Positions 27,250 through 36,603 of a stretch of DNA of 54,079 nt are shown one piece after another (position 1 is the first letter of the stretch; each line of letters starts with the position of its first letter). Under the pieces are notes generated by a model that saw only the letters and a list, made by a program, of their open reading frames with translations, searched no databases and was not told the DNA's origin. The position numbers were made by a program, and so were the translations under genes. Location of the stretch: positions 1 through 54,079 of IMG/VR virus record IMGVR_UViG_3300032254_000258, one strand, 5' to 3'. This stretch comes from a virus. Its lineage: Duplodnaviria > Caudoviricetes.

Positions 27250-27696
27250 TCACAATACGATTTTTCTTGACAGGTGGTTTGCGTTCTCAATCACGAAACG
27301 TTGCGAACGCTTGGCGGGTGGGACTCTCCCGTTCAGCCGCCAGACAATCACGGCCAACCCGTACTGCCAGCGCCGCGCGGCCGCTGCCCGCGACATGCCA
27401 AACTCCCAGCAAATCGGTTTCCATGCCTTGCCATTGGCACGCACCCAGACCAGCTTGGCATCGTCAACCTCCAGCCAGCGCAGCCACAGCATGGCCTCAT
27501 CAGCCTCGGTGATCATACGCGGGCTTGGCCGAGGCTTTCGTATTTTCGGCTCTTGGCCAACCTGATCGGCAAAGCTGTATTGGTAGTCAGGCCAGGCGTT
27601 GAAATGCCCCTGCGGCTTCACGCCCGGCATCTGCCGCATGACCTCGGCCGCCAGTTCCAGCCGGTCCTGCACACGAGCAATTGTCCAGCGGGTCAT
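27250..27696 (-). CDS. DUF6362-like protein (putative late transcription regulator, C-terminal HTH)
   Basis: W....V.DRL..AA, EA..WL.WL...DAKLVW.RA.G..WK.IC...G.SR..A.RRW; last gene before the cos candidate. Confidence 0.7.
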   Translation of the reverse strand: MTRWTIARVQDRLELAAEVMRQMPGVKPQGHFNAWPDYQYSFADQVGQEPKIRKPRPSPRMITEADEAMLWLRWLEVDDAKLVWVRANGKAWKPICWEFGMSRAAAARRWQYGLAVIVWRLNGRVPPAKRSQRFVIENANHLSRKIVL

Positions 27697-27899
27697 CGTG
27701 ATACCTCGCTGTTTTCAGGTCGTTTGCCATAAAGTTTCTCGCCCAGCTGGCGCACCAATTCCCGTTCCGGCCAGGTCAGCCGGTCATCATCGAGCGCCAC
27801 GGCCAACAGCCCCTGTTCCTTCCAGCCGTCCCGCTTGACCTGATCGGGGTTGCGTCGGGTGCCGCCGTAACCACGCGGGGCAAACCTCATGCCGTTCAT
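27693..27899 (-). CDS. Small hypothetical phage protein
   Basis: ATGA overlaps on both sides; VKRDGW.EQG.LAV..DD.RLTWPERELV. Confidence 0.7.
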   Translation of the reverse strand: MNGMRFAPRGYGGTRRNPDQVKRDGWKEQGLLAVALDDDRLTWPERELVRQLGEKLYGKRPENSEVSR

Positions 27900-28426
27900 G
27901 CCATGCCTCCCTTCGTTTCCAGCGCCCAGTGCAGGATGGCGATAGCGTCGGCCTCGTTGTCATCCGCAGGGCGGTAGCCTTTGGCCCGAGCAGCTTCGAT
28001 CATCATGGCTTTGCTGGCATTGCCCTTGCCGGTGGCGTGTTTCTTGATCGTGCCAACCGGGGTTCCGCCGTATGCAATGTCGTGATGCTCTGCCCAAGCA
28101 GTCAGCGTGGCCAGCAGCCCGCCATAGACATGGGCGGCGTCGGTGCCCGCGTGGCGGCGAACCTCCTCGAACCAGATGGTTGCGATCGACCCCGCAAGAC
28201 GGTTCATCTCGTCCAGCCAGTTCTGGAAGCGCAGATACCGCATCCCACCGCCATCAAAGCGCCTCGGGCGAAAGCTGACCGTGCCGCTGGTGATCAGCCC
28301 GTCATGCCCGCGCATGGCCCAGCCCGTGGTGGTGCCAAGGTCAAGGGCAAGGGTGGCCCCGATGGTCGGGGCTGGAGTGGTTAGCGCCGGGTCGGGCTTG
28401 CAAAGGTTCGGATCGATGGTGTTCAT
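27896..28426 (-). CDS. RuvC-like Holliday junction resolvase
   Basis: LALDLGTTTGWA, FEEV, IKKHATGKGNA.K and DDNEADA motifs; AGGAG RBS before ATG 28426. Confidence 0.8.
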   Translation of the reverse strand: MNTIDPNLCKPDPALTTPAPTIGATLALDLGTTTGWAMRGHDGLITSGTVSFRPRRFDGGGMRYLRFQNWLDEMNRLAGSIATIWFEEVRRHAGTDAAHVYGGLLATLTAWAEHHDIAYGGTPVGTIKKHATGKGNASKAMMIEAARAKGYRPADDNEADAIAILHWALETKGGMA

Positions 28427-28553
28427 GAGGTGGTCTCCTGTCGTTTGAACTGCTCGGGGTGAAAGGTTGGGGCTGACAAGCCTGCCCCGGGGTAGGTGGT
28501 GTCTCTCCCGCCTTGAGCGGGGAGAACACCTACCCCTTAGGGTAAGAAAATCT

Positions 28554-28750
28554 GTGTTTTGTGTTTTGGCGTAACCCTTTGAATTAAAAGGTGGAAATTC
28601 AAAACACGGATTGGTTTTTCCCGAGGTGCGATTTGTGTTTTGTGTTTTGACGCAAGTCATTGATCTCAAAGGCGTAATTCCAAAACACAAAACACGGATG
28701 TTCAAAACACAACCTGTGTTTTGGCCAAAACACGGACAATCCGTGTTTTG
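28554..28750. repeat. Eleven direct and inverted CAAAACAC repeats; candidate replication origin
   Basis: Copies start at 28554, 28561, 28600, 28635, 28642, 28681, 28688, 28703, 28716, 28726 and 28743, in an AT-rich gap after the primase-helicase gene. Confidence 0.75.
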
Positions 28751-28776
28751 AAAATAGGGGAATCCGGGGGTGGTTT

Positions 28777-31167
28777 TCATGAGGTTTCCTCCCCGTGCTC
28801 GACCCACGTTTCTGGATCTTCGACAGGTGTCAGGGAGCCGGTTTCCTCGCACATGAAATCGCTTGGCAGCACCCTGATAAAACCGGGGGACACTTCGCCT
28901 GTTTCGGGATCAACCACGTCTTGGCCAGTGTTCAGGAGCATGTCCCTGACGCAGAGATAGCCGAATTTGGACTGGTTTTTCTTGAGGTCGATTTCGGTGG
29001 CTTTCTTGCCCCGCAAGAATTTAACGTGGCCTTTGGTCGCCAAAACCCGCAGCCGTTCCCGAATGCTGGTCTGGCCGCCGAGACTGCCTCTGTTCTCGAA
29101 CTTCGCGGCAAACTGGGTTGGCGTGAACATCTTTCCGCGCGCGGCCTGCTCGGCTATCATCTGCAGGATCACATCGCCTTTTCGCACTCGCTCGGCGTCG
29201 TGTTTTGCGCCCACGTCCTTGCGCACAAGGCGCTCGTTCATCGGGTTCAACTCGACCCACTGGCCCTTGACCTTGTCGATCAGCTTTGATGGCAGCGCGG
29301 GGCCATTGCGCAGCTCGATTTCCAGTTTGCGCTCGCTGGCTTCCTCGTCGGGGCGGTGCATGATGATGCCCGAGGTGTAAAACCCGCGCAGGGAACTAGC
29401 CCCGGACAGGGCCAGAAACGGGTCCTCTTTCACCTGATGCTTGCCGAGTTTCTTGGTGTGATGAACGAGGATGATGCCACAATCGGGATTCACGGCTTCG
29501 CGCAACACCTCGACGCGGTCACGCAGGAAGAACATCATCGCGCCGTTGTCGTTTTCACCGCCACCATCCGGGCCACCGTCAAAGACATTGCGGATCGGGT
29601 CGATGCAGAGAATGTCGACGGGATCGTCGGGAAACGCCTGTTTGACGGCAGCGGCGGCCATGGCGCTGCCGTGCTCGTCCAGCAGCAGTTTCAGCTTGGG
29701 CGTGGCCACAAACGTCTCGCGGGCGGCGGCAATCACCTCGGGCGGCAGGACGATCTGCTTCAGGCGTTCGCGCAGATAGTGATACTGGATTTCGGCCTGC
29801 AGATAGAACACCCGCAAGGGGCGTGGCGGTGTGAAGCCGTCGCACCGTTCGCAACGGAGGAACGGCACACCCGCGGCCATGTGCACCAGCCAGGAGATCA
29901 GGAAATCGCTCTTGCCGACCTTGGGCGCACCGCCCAGCACCAGCAGCCCACCCGGTGTCAGAACGCGGGGCGCGATGATGTCATCGGGCATCGGGCGCAA
30001 GTCATCCAGCAATTCCCCCAGCGTGAAGGCGGCCATGGTGATTGGGGCTGGCGCCCCGGTATCGAGCCGCAGCAGCGGCGGACCGTTCTTTTCCACATGG
30101 CGTACCCAGAGACGTTCAGACTCCCGCTGCAGGCGCTCGACCGGCCACTGCGGCCGCAACATGGCGGCGTTGTAACCGCAGATGCCTTCCCAGCCCGCGT
30201 CCTTCGAGAGGCGGCCCTCATGTACCATGCGGATGAAGTGACCGATGGCGGCCGAGGCGCCTTCAAAGCGGGACCAATCGTCCTGCGCACCCTCGCGCAC
30301 CGGTGTTGTCAGAACATCCGAGGCTTTCGGTTTGTCCTCACGCACAAAGCCTGGCTCAAGTGATATTCCCGGCGCCGGTGGCATGTCCTGAACCGCTTCG
30401 GCGAATTCATCGAGGTCCCTCTCCATGGCGGGATTGATCTCGAGGATCTGCACAAGAGTCTTGAGGTTGTTCTTGTAATAAACGCTACCGGCAACGCGGA
30501 TCGGCTGATGCGCCGAACGGAAATGCATGTCGCCGCCGACCTTGGCCGCAATGTCGCCGCGCAGGCGGCAGGCGCGGATCACGTCGCTGCCCTCGACGGG
30601 TTCGGTCAGCTTCCACCAGACATGGCATTTCTGCTGCCCGTCGGGGGTAATGCCGCCACTTTGCACCACCAGGGTCGGGGAGCCGAGATGGGTCTCCAGA
30701 TGGGCGCGTTTGGCGGCAATGTCGCCGGTGTCGAGGTCCACGACCAGCGCCTGCATTTGCAACACATCCGCCGCCTTGGCCTGTCCAGCCTCGGTCACAG
30801 TGCCGGGGATCACATAGACGGCAGCCCCTTCGCGCGAGGCCCAGTTGGCAAAGGTTGCCATCTTGCCGGGTGTCTCATCGTTCGCCTCGAGCCAGATGTT
30901 GTGCGGCCGTCCATCGATCCCCTGTCCCTTGTCGATGAAACTGCGGACCGGGATCAGGCCTTCGCAATAGCCGAAAACGACCTGCATGAATTGCGCGATC
31001 TGCACGGGATCCGGTTCATCGCCAAACACGTCCACCTGCGGCGCCGCGTCGTTGAAATCGCACCATGGGTTGAAATGTAGAATTTCAGCATCGGAGTTTT
31101 TTGTTTCCTCGTCCGGCACAGGGCCGTTTTTCGGATCCTCGGGGGAGTCATCAGACTTGTCAGTCAT
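28777..31167 (-). CDS. Primase-helicase (RepB-like primase plus AAA_25/RepA helicase)
   Basis: VVDLD, PTLVVQSGG..H.WW and R.AGS (primase); GAPKVGKS, IDP and VHHT.K (helicase). Confidence 0.85.
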   Translation of the reverse strand: MTDKSDDSPEDPKNGPVPDEETKNSDAEILHFNPWCDFNDAAPQVDVFGDEPDPVQIAQFMQVVFGYCEGLIPVRSFIDKGQGIDGRPHNIWLEANDETPGKMATFANWASREGAAVYVIPGTVTEAGQAKAADVLQMQALVVDLDTGDIAAKRAHLETHLGSPTLVVQSGGITPDGQQKCHVWWKLTEPVEGSDVIRACRLRGDIAAKVGGDMHFRSAHQPIRVAGSVYYKNNLKTLVQILEINPAMERDLDEFAEAVQDMPPAPGISLEPGFVREDKPKASDVLTTPVREGAQDDWSRFEGASAAIGHFIRMVHEGRLSKDAGWEGICGYNAAMLRPQWPVERLQRESERLWVRHVEKNGPPLLRLDTGAPAPITMAAFTLGELLDDLRPMPDDIIAPRVLTPGGLLVLGGAPKVGKSDFLISWLVHMAAGVPFLRCERCDGFTPPRPLRVFYLQAEIQYHYLRERLKQIVLPPEVIAAARETFVATPKLKLLLDEHGSAMAAAAVKQAFPDDPVDILCIDPIRNVFDGGPDGGGENDNGAMMFFLRDRVEVLREAVNPDCGIILVHHTKKLGKHQVKEDPFLALSGASSLRGFYTSGIIMHRPDEEASERKLEIELRNGPALPSKLIDKVKGQWVELNPMNERLVRKDVGAKHDAERVRKGDVILQMIAEQAARGKMFTPTQFAAKFENRGSLGGQTSIRERLRVLATKGHVKFLRGKKATEIDLKKNQSKFGYLCVRDMLLNTGQDVVDPETGEVSPGFIRVLPSDFMCEETGSLTPVEDPETWVEHGEETS

Positions 31168-31925
31168 TGGTCCTGCCTCCAGCAGCGGTCGGCGTATGAG
31201 CAGAAGCGGCATTCAAAAAAGTCTCGTTTTTTTGCGATGCGGGGCAACAGCTCGCCCGCATCCGTCGCCTGCAGAATCCGCACCGCGCGGTCCGACATGC
31301 GTTGCGCCAGCGCGGCATCGAACGAGACCATCTCGTGATAAATTTCGGCCGTGTCCTTGTTGATGGCGGTGAATAGCGCCGGGGCGTTGCTGATGCCCGG
31401 CACGCTGGGTTCCATATAGGCCTGATAAATCGCGATCTGGGCCGCATAGACCGCCTTGGATATAGCAACCCCGTCCTTGGCGCAGGCGCGCCAGTTCTTG
31501 GCGTTCATGGTCTTGCATTCCCAGAGTGCGGGCGTGCGAAAACCAAGGGCAGCGGGAGCACCCATAATGATGCCATCGACGTGGCCACGAATTCGGCCGC
31601 CCGCGACCGAGAAGCCGAACTGGCCGCCATCGGTTTTTTGCGTGACGAGATTAATACCGGTGGCGCGCAACCAGCGAATGGTCAGATCCTCTAGCATGTG
31701 GCCAATGGCGAAGATCCGCAGAACCTGACCGCTGAAATCGCTGCCCTGGTCTTTCGGTGCTTGCACGAATTCGAATTGTAGTGCCCGTTCGCAGGCTATG
31801 CCGAGACGCGATGCCCCAAGGTAGGTGCGGGGAATTTCTGCATCCCGCTCGTTGATCAGCGCCGCATCGACCAGATCATTGATGCGCTCAGCCATGGACG
31901 GCCTGTGGTTGAAGTCCAGTGTCAA
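31164..31925 (-). CDS. PD-(D/E)XK exonuclease, Cas4/RecB-like
   Basis: YLGASRLG..CER, GHVDG, WECKT, Q...Y and CRFC.....C motifs. Confidence 0.8.
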   Translation of the reverse strand: MTLDFNHRPSMAERINDLVDAALINERDAEIPRTYLGASRLGIACERALQFEFVQAPKDQGSDFSGQVLRIFAIGHMLEDLTIRWLRATGINLVTQKTDGGQFGFSVAGGRIRGHVDGIIMGAPAALGFRTPALWECKTMNAKNWRACAKDGVAISKAVYAAQIAIYQAYMEPSVPGISNAPALFTAINKDTAEIYHEMVSFDAALAQRMSDRAVRILQATDAGELLPRIAKKRDFFECRFCSYADRCWRQDQ

Positions 31926-32338
31926 AATGGAATCTCCTGCGATTGGGACTTGGCAATGTCGGCCATGGCCTCGCGGAAACCCTCGACGGCTTCCTCGATC
32001 AGGGCGCGGACCTGTGGCTCGGTCAGATCGGCCAGCTTTGTCTGCCAGCCGATTTCCTCCATCAGCAAGGCCACGCGCCGCATGGTGGCGGTGATGGCAG
32101 CGCGTTCTTCTTCAGTGAGATCAACCATGCCCGCATACCACCCTGAATAAGCCTGGGCTCGCGCCGCCCAGAAGGCCTGACAGGCTATCGAGCAGAACCA
32201 GAAATAAGAGCGGGAGTGTTTCCGCTGATGGGGATCTCGCCAACCAAAACCACGGGTGGGTTGCCGGCAGACCGCACAGAGCGAGCCACGCGGATGCCAT
32301 AAACGTTGCCGGTCTGTTATTGTTGGGAAGTTGGTCAT
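31922..32338 (-). CDS. DUF6511-like Zn-finger protein
   Basis: CAVC...FCS..CQ motif and EIPF end; ATGA overlap with the next gene (internal ATG at MVDLT also possible). Confidence 0.6.
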   Translation of the reverse strand: MTNFPTITDRQRLWHPRGSLCAVCRQPTRGFGWRDPHQRKHSRSYFWFCSIACQAFWAARAQAYSGWYAGMVDLTEEERAAITATMRRVALLMEEIGWQTKLADLTEPQVRALIEEAVEGFREAMADIAKSQSQEIPF

Positions 32339-32341
32339 GTC

Positions 32342-35053
32342 TCATGCCACCCTCCCGATTTCATTGGCCGAATTATCGGCACCAAACACCAACGCGCGGA
32401 TGGCGTTGCGGTTGAAGCGGAAGGACAGCAGCGCCGAGGCCTGATACCGCGTTAGCCCGAAATCCTGCCGGTGCTCGGCAGGCAGATATTGCAGCTGCTT
32501 TTGCGTCGGCGGCTGGGTCAGCCAGCGCCGGGTCTTGTGGGCGCTCTCGTCGGACTCGTAGGTGTTCAACCAGTCATCGGCAGCAGCGAGGCAAACCGTG
32601 CGTTCCCCCACGGCCAGCAATTTGGGCAGCTCCTTTTGCCGCCCGCCAATCCCGTGCCAGCGGCCATTGAGAAAGAACACCCCGCCCCAGGCGACAAACC
32701 CGTTGGCAATCAAGGCCGCGTCATCACCGAACAGATCGCACCAGCGGAAACTGGACCGTTTCAGCAGGTCGATCTCGGACATGACGAATTCAGACAGCTC
32801 TGATGCGCCGTCAGCCTCGTCACGTTCCCAGAGATGGCCGCAAAGCGAGCATTCCATCACCGCCAGCGGAACAGTGGCCTCGCAGTCGGGGCATTCCTTG
32901 GTCGGGGCCTCTCCGGTCCCCTCGTGCCCGTCGAGATCGACATCCGCCTCTAACGAGCCGTGCAGCAAGGTCGAGGTGCCAAAATCCAGCACGATGCAGT
33001 CTGTTTTCAGGACACCTGGATGCTCCGTCGGATTGACAATGCGCAACCCGCGCCCGACCATCTGCATCATGGTGGATTTGTAGGACGAGGGCCGCAGCAG
33101 CACGACGCAGGAAGTTGGCGGATGGTCCCAGCCTTCCGTGAGGACGGCGACGTTGACCACCACCCTCAGCCTGCCCGCACCATATTCTGCCAGAACCGCC
33201 TTGCGTTCGGCTTCGCCCATGTCTCCATAAATGAGCCCGGTTGTTACCCCCGCAGCGCTGAACGCCTCGGCGACATTGCGGGCATGATCGACGGTCGAGC
33301 AGAAGACGACGGTTTGCCGATCCCCTGCCTTCTCGCGCCAATGTTCAATTACAGCATCGGTGACGGGGGCTCGGTTCATGATGGCGTCGACCTCGCCCAT
33401 GTCGAAATCCGCCACCGTTTTGCGCACGCGGCCCAGATCGTCCTGCACGCCAACATCGACAACGAAGGTGCGCGGCGACACCAGATGACCAGCGGCGATC
33501 AGCTCGCCAATGCGGATCTGGTCAGAAACATTGGAGAAGACTGGCCGCAGCCCCTTCTTGTCGCCCCGGTTCGGCGTGGCCGTGACCCCGAATATCCGGC
33601 AGTCGGGATTGCGATCCAAGGCACGATCGATGATACGCCGGTAGCTGTCGGCTGCCGCGTGATGGGCCTCGTCGATTACCAGCAGGTCAAGCGCGGGCAG
33701 CGCGTCGAGATTTGCTGCGCGGGTCAGCGTCGGCACCATGGCGAATGTCACCTGACCGGCCCAGGATTTCTGCCGCGCATCGACCACCGAGGTGGACAGG
33801 CCAGGATTGACGCGGGCGAACTTGCCACGGTTCTGCTCGGTCAATTCATCCCGATGCGCCAGCACACAGGCCTTGGCATCGCTGTCGCCGACCATGTTTC
33901 CGGCTACCGCCGAAAGCATGATCGTCTTGCCGGAATTATGCGTGAGGGTGAAATCCCCCATCAAATAGCGGTGGTCGCCATCGACGGTAAAGCCGAAATA
34001 TTCACCCTCATCGACCGGATGGGCGGTGAAGCCGCAACGCAGCACGTTCTTTTTCTGCTTGCGCGGCGGGGCTTGCTTACGCAGCACCCTCGTGGGAATT
34101 TCATCGAGATCGCCGGAAATGTGGACCCGGAGGTAAATCCGCCCCTTCACTTCCTTTTCCCGCAAGGTTGCCAGAAACCCGAGGCTGCGGGCAACGAACA
34201 CCACATCCTCCGCCAGGCGGCGCGACTTGCTGACAAACTCGAAACAACGCCCGTTCATCAGATGCCCGTCCGTATCCAGCAATCCGGCCAGAATGGCGAA
34301 ACGAACCGCGCGGGAGCCAAGGCGGTATTCCTCGGGTATGAATTTCTGCCCCGAGGATTTGCCAAACAGGCCAAGCCCGCGAAGCTGGTCGATCAAGGCA
34401 TTATGGTGATCACGGTCATCGACGAAGAAATAGCTGTTGGCCTCGTTATGGGGCAGCTGCTCGCATCTGAGCCTGAGGCCGAGATGTGCCGCATACCGGT
34501 AGAGATCATCGACGATTTCCACATCCGGCGTGGTCACCGATACATTGCGAATAATACTGCCATCGCCCAGGATCAGGCCGAGGAAATACGGGTCCAGTTC
34601 CGGTGCTTCCCGCTCCGCAAAATCCACCGGCATGCGCAGCAACTTGTGCAAATGGCGAAAGCTGTTCGAGGCGGCAAGCCAGTCGGCCACGCTGATATCC
34701 ACCAACTCGCCGTCCCTGTTGCGGCAACGGGCCGGCATGCCGTCATTGGTGCGCACCAGGGTCAGAATATGGCCGAGGTTGACGATGAACGCCTCGCCCT
34801 TGATGGGACGGATTTCGATCATCCGGTCATGGCCACGGTGCAATTCCAGTACGCGACGCGGCGCACTGCCGGGGCCCATGAGAATATCCCCGACGGCGAT
34901 ATCCTCCACCGGTTTGAGGGAGCCGTCATGCATGAGGATCGGCGTGCCCAGAGCGTGGCAGCCGGTCGGCGCGACACCGAGCGCATTGCCATGTTCATCG
35001 AGCGCGCGAAGGCTGCGCTCGACAAAGAGTTTCTGGCGGGGGCGGAGCAACAT
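32342..35053 (-). CDS. SF2 DEAD/DEAH-box helicase containing an intein
   Basis: APTG|SGKT Walker A split by the intein; DEAHH, TATP.R.D, LTEGWD.P, QMVGRGLR and CPDC Zn ribbon. Confidence 0.92.
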   Translation of the reverse strand: MLLRPRQKLFVERSLRALDEHGNALGVAPTGCHALGTPILMHDGSLKPVEDIAVGDILMGPGSAPRRVLELHRGHDRMIEIRPIKGEAFIVNLGHILTLVRTNDGMPARCRNRDGELVDISVADWLAASNSFRHLHKLLRMPVDFAEREAPELDPYFLGLILGDGSIIRNVSVTTPDVEIVDDLYRYAAHLGLRLRCEQLPHNEANSYFFVDDRDHHNALIDQLRGLGLFGKSSGQKFIPEEYRLGSRAVRFAILAGLLDTDGHLMNGRCFEFVSKSRRLAEDVVFVARSLGFLATLREKEVKGRIYLRVHISGDLDEIPTRVLRKQAPPRKQKKNVLRCGFTAHPVDEGEYFGFTVDGDHRYLMGDFTLTHNSGKTIMLSAVAGNMVGDSDAKACVLAHRDELTEQNRGKFARVNPGLSTSVVDARQKSWAGQVTFAMVPTLTRAANLDALPALDLLVIDEAHHAAADSYRRIIDRALDRNPDCRIFGVTATPNRGDKKGLRPVFSNVSDQIRIGELIAAGHLVSPRTFVVDVGVQDDLGRVRKTVADFDMGEVDAIMNRAPVTDAVIEHWREKAGDRQTVVFCSTVDHARNVAEAFSAAGVTTGLIYGDMGEAERKAVLAEYGAGRLRVVVNVAVLTEGWDHPPTSCVVLLRPSSYKSTMMQMVGRGLRIVNPTEHPGVLKTDCIVLDFGTSTLLHGSLEADVDLDGHEGTGEAPTKECPDCEATVPLAVMECSLCGHLWERDEADGASELSEFVMSEIDLLKRSSFRWCDLFGDDAALIANGFVAWGGVFFLNGRWHGIGGRQKELPKLLAVGERTVCLAAADDWLNTYESDESAHKTRRWLTQPPTQKQLQYLPAEHRQDFGLTRYQASALLSFRFNRNAIRALVFGADNSANEIGRVA
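33935..34960 (-). mobile_element. Intein (342 aa) with LAGLIDADG homing endonuclease
   Basis: Starts CHALGTPILMHDG, ends YFGFTVDGDHRYLMGDFTLTHN followed by Ser; LGLILGDG and LAGLLDTDG motifs. Confidence 0.93.
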
Positions 35054-35065
35054 GGCCGGACCCTC

Positions 35066-35689
35066 CTATTGCGCCCAGGACGGACGGCCGGTGGCCGACG
35101 GTGCCTGAGAAGTCTGCGGGGGTTGCGAACCTTGGGATTGCTGGCCCTGTGAAAGCGGGGGCTGCGCCGGTGGCACGGTGCCCTGCGAGGGCTGCGAGCC
35201 CATGATTTGCGCGTAATCCTTGTGATCCGGCGTCACCGCTGAGCGGACCTCATTCTTGTCATCCCCGTTTGCATCGGTGCCCACATCGATACGGGCGACG
35301 AATTCGATCCCGTCGAGATCGGCAAAACCGCCAATCCGCCGCACCGCCTGGGCCTCGGGCGACATGTCCTTGTCGGAAATTCCGCGCGCCGAGTTGAGCA
35401 TGCCGCGCACAAAGCTGCGCCCCATATTGGTCCAGTCCGGACCTTTGGGGCTGTAAAGCCCGATCAGGGTGAATATCTTGCGCCGCGCGTATTCGCCCTC
35501 GGTCACGGTGAATTCACCATTGAGATAGACCGCGCCGGTGGAGCCGCGTGTGGCATAGCCGCCGGTCCAGCCTTGTGATGGGTCATCAAACCCGCCGGGG
35601 CGGATGGTCAGGCGCACCTTGACCAGCGTGCCCTTGGGGATCAGGTTGATGTTGGTCTTTGCGTCGTTGAAATCATTCCAGGAACCCAT
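35066..35689 (-). CDS. Putative single-stranded DNA-binding protein
   Basis: IPKGT, YLNGEFTV..G.YA.RK and low-complexity tail ending RPSWAQ; follows the AAA ATPase. Confidence 0.65.
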   Translation of the reverse strand: MGSWNDFNDAKTNINLIPKGTLVKVRLTIRPGGFDDPSQGWTGGYATRGSTGAVYLNGEFTVTEGEYARRKIFTLIGLYSPKGPDWTNMGRSFVRGMLNSARGISDKDMSPEAQAVRRIGGFADLDGIEFVARIDVGTDANGDDKNEVRSAVTPDHKDYAQIMGSQPSQGTVPPAQPPLSQGQQSQGSQPPQTSQAPSATGRPSWAQ

Positions 35690-35709
35690 GTCGGGACCCT
35701 CCTTTTCGT

Positions 35710-36603
35710 TCAGTTAGGGGATGTGGTTTGATCAGCCACAGCGGCCGGTTCAGGGGATTTGGTGTAGGTCAGCCGGTCAATCGCGGGCACGCCGGGGGTT
35801 CTGATCTTGTCCATCAGACGGCCGAGATGCGGCTCCTCGACCTGCGCGAGGCGGCCCGAGCGATCCTTGGCCGGAAAGCCCCACGGGTTGATCGTCTGAC
35901 AAACGAAGGCGCGATAGGGCAGCGTGCCCTGCGAGGGCTCACCGTCATCGCCCGCGAGTTCGGCCATGGTAATGACCTCGTCCACAATGCCCGGCAGCTC
36001 GAGGCCAGTCTTGGAACCGTCGATCTGGGCCGAGAACACCTTGCGATTGAAATCGTCCAGCTTCTCGTCGAGGATGCCGACAAACCAGACGTTCTTTGCC
36101 CGTGTATGCTGAAGATGCGTGAGCCAACCGATCATCTCGCGGCCATGCAACCCGTAAGCCCCGCGCACATCCGGCTTGCCGGTTTTTTCCGAGAATGCCT
36201 CAGGCTGGCCCTTGCACCACCCGAAACACAGCCGTCCGGCCACAGTGATCGAGTCGATGAAGATGGTCTCGTAGCGATCCAGTGCCGCCGGATCGCCGAA
36301 CTGCTCGCAGACGGCCGCATAATGCGCCGGACCATAGGGTTGGTCATCACGCAACGCGGGGTTCGGCCCACCGATGAACACCGCGAAATCCCGACACTCG
36401 GCCCAGGTGCGCGGCCGGATCGTGTCTCCCTGCCAACCCTCGATGGCGAGATCACCGGCCTCGAGATCCATGAACAGGGTTGTGGCGGGGTCGAGTGTCC
36501 AGAGCAGGCTGGTTTTCCCAATTCCGGATTTCCCGAAGATGCAGCCCTTGATGCCGCGCTGTTCCGCCAAACGCTGGTCGGCGCTGATGATGGGAAGGCT
36601 CAT
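35710..36603 (-). CDS. AAA_24 (Sak4-like) ATPase
   Basis: GKSGIGKT, DLEAG, FIDSIT and AKDRSG motifs. Confidence 0.8.
   Translation of the reverse strand: MSLPIISADQRLAEQRGIKGCIFGKSGIGKTSLLWTLDPATTLFMDLEAGDLAIEGWQGDTIRPRTWAECRDFAVFIGGPNPALRDDQPYGPAHYAAVCEQFGDPAALDRYETIFIDSITVAGRLCFGWCKGQPEAFSEKTGKPDVRGAYGLHGREMIGWLTHLQHTRAKNVWFVGILDEKLDDFNRKVFSAQIDGSKTGLELPGIVDEVITMAELAGDDGEPSQGTLPYRAFVCQTINPWGFPAKDRSGRLAQVEEPHLGRLMDKIRTPGVPAIDRLTYTKSPEPAAVADQTTSPN

Noticed and set aside
28427-28852. N-terminal 142-aa extension of the RuvC-like ORF
   Set aside because: It is a translation of the repeat array (TQNT repeats); a good RBS precedes ATG 28426.
31164-31925. Cas4-like protein as evidence of CRISPR-Cas
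   Set aside because: Solo Cas4/RecB-like exonuclease within a phage replication module; no cas1/cas2 or array.
32960-35152. 730-aa plus-strand ORF
   Set aside because: Antisense shadow of the helicase/intein gene in GC-rich DNA; no motifs.
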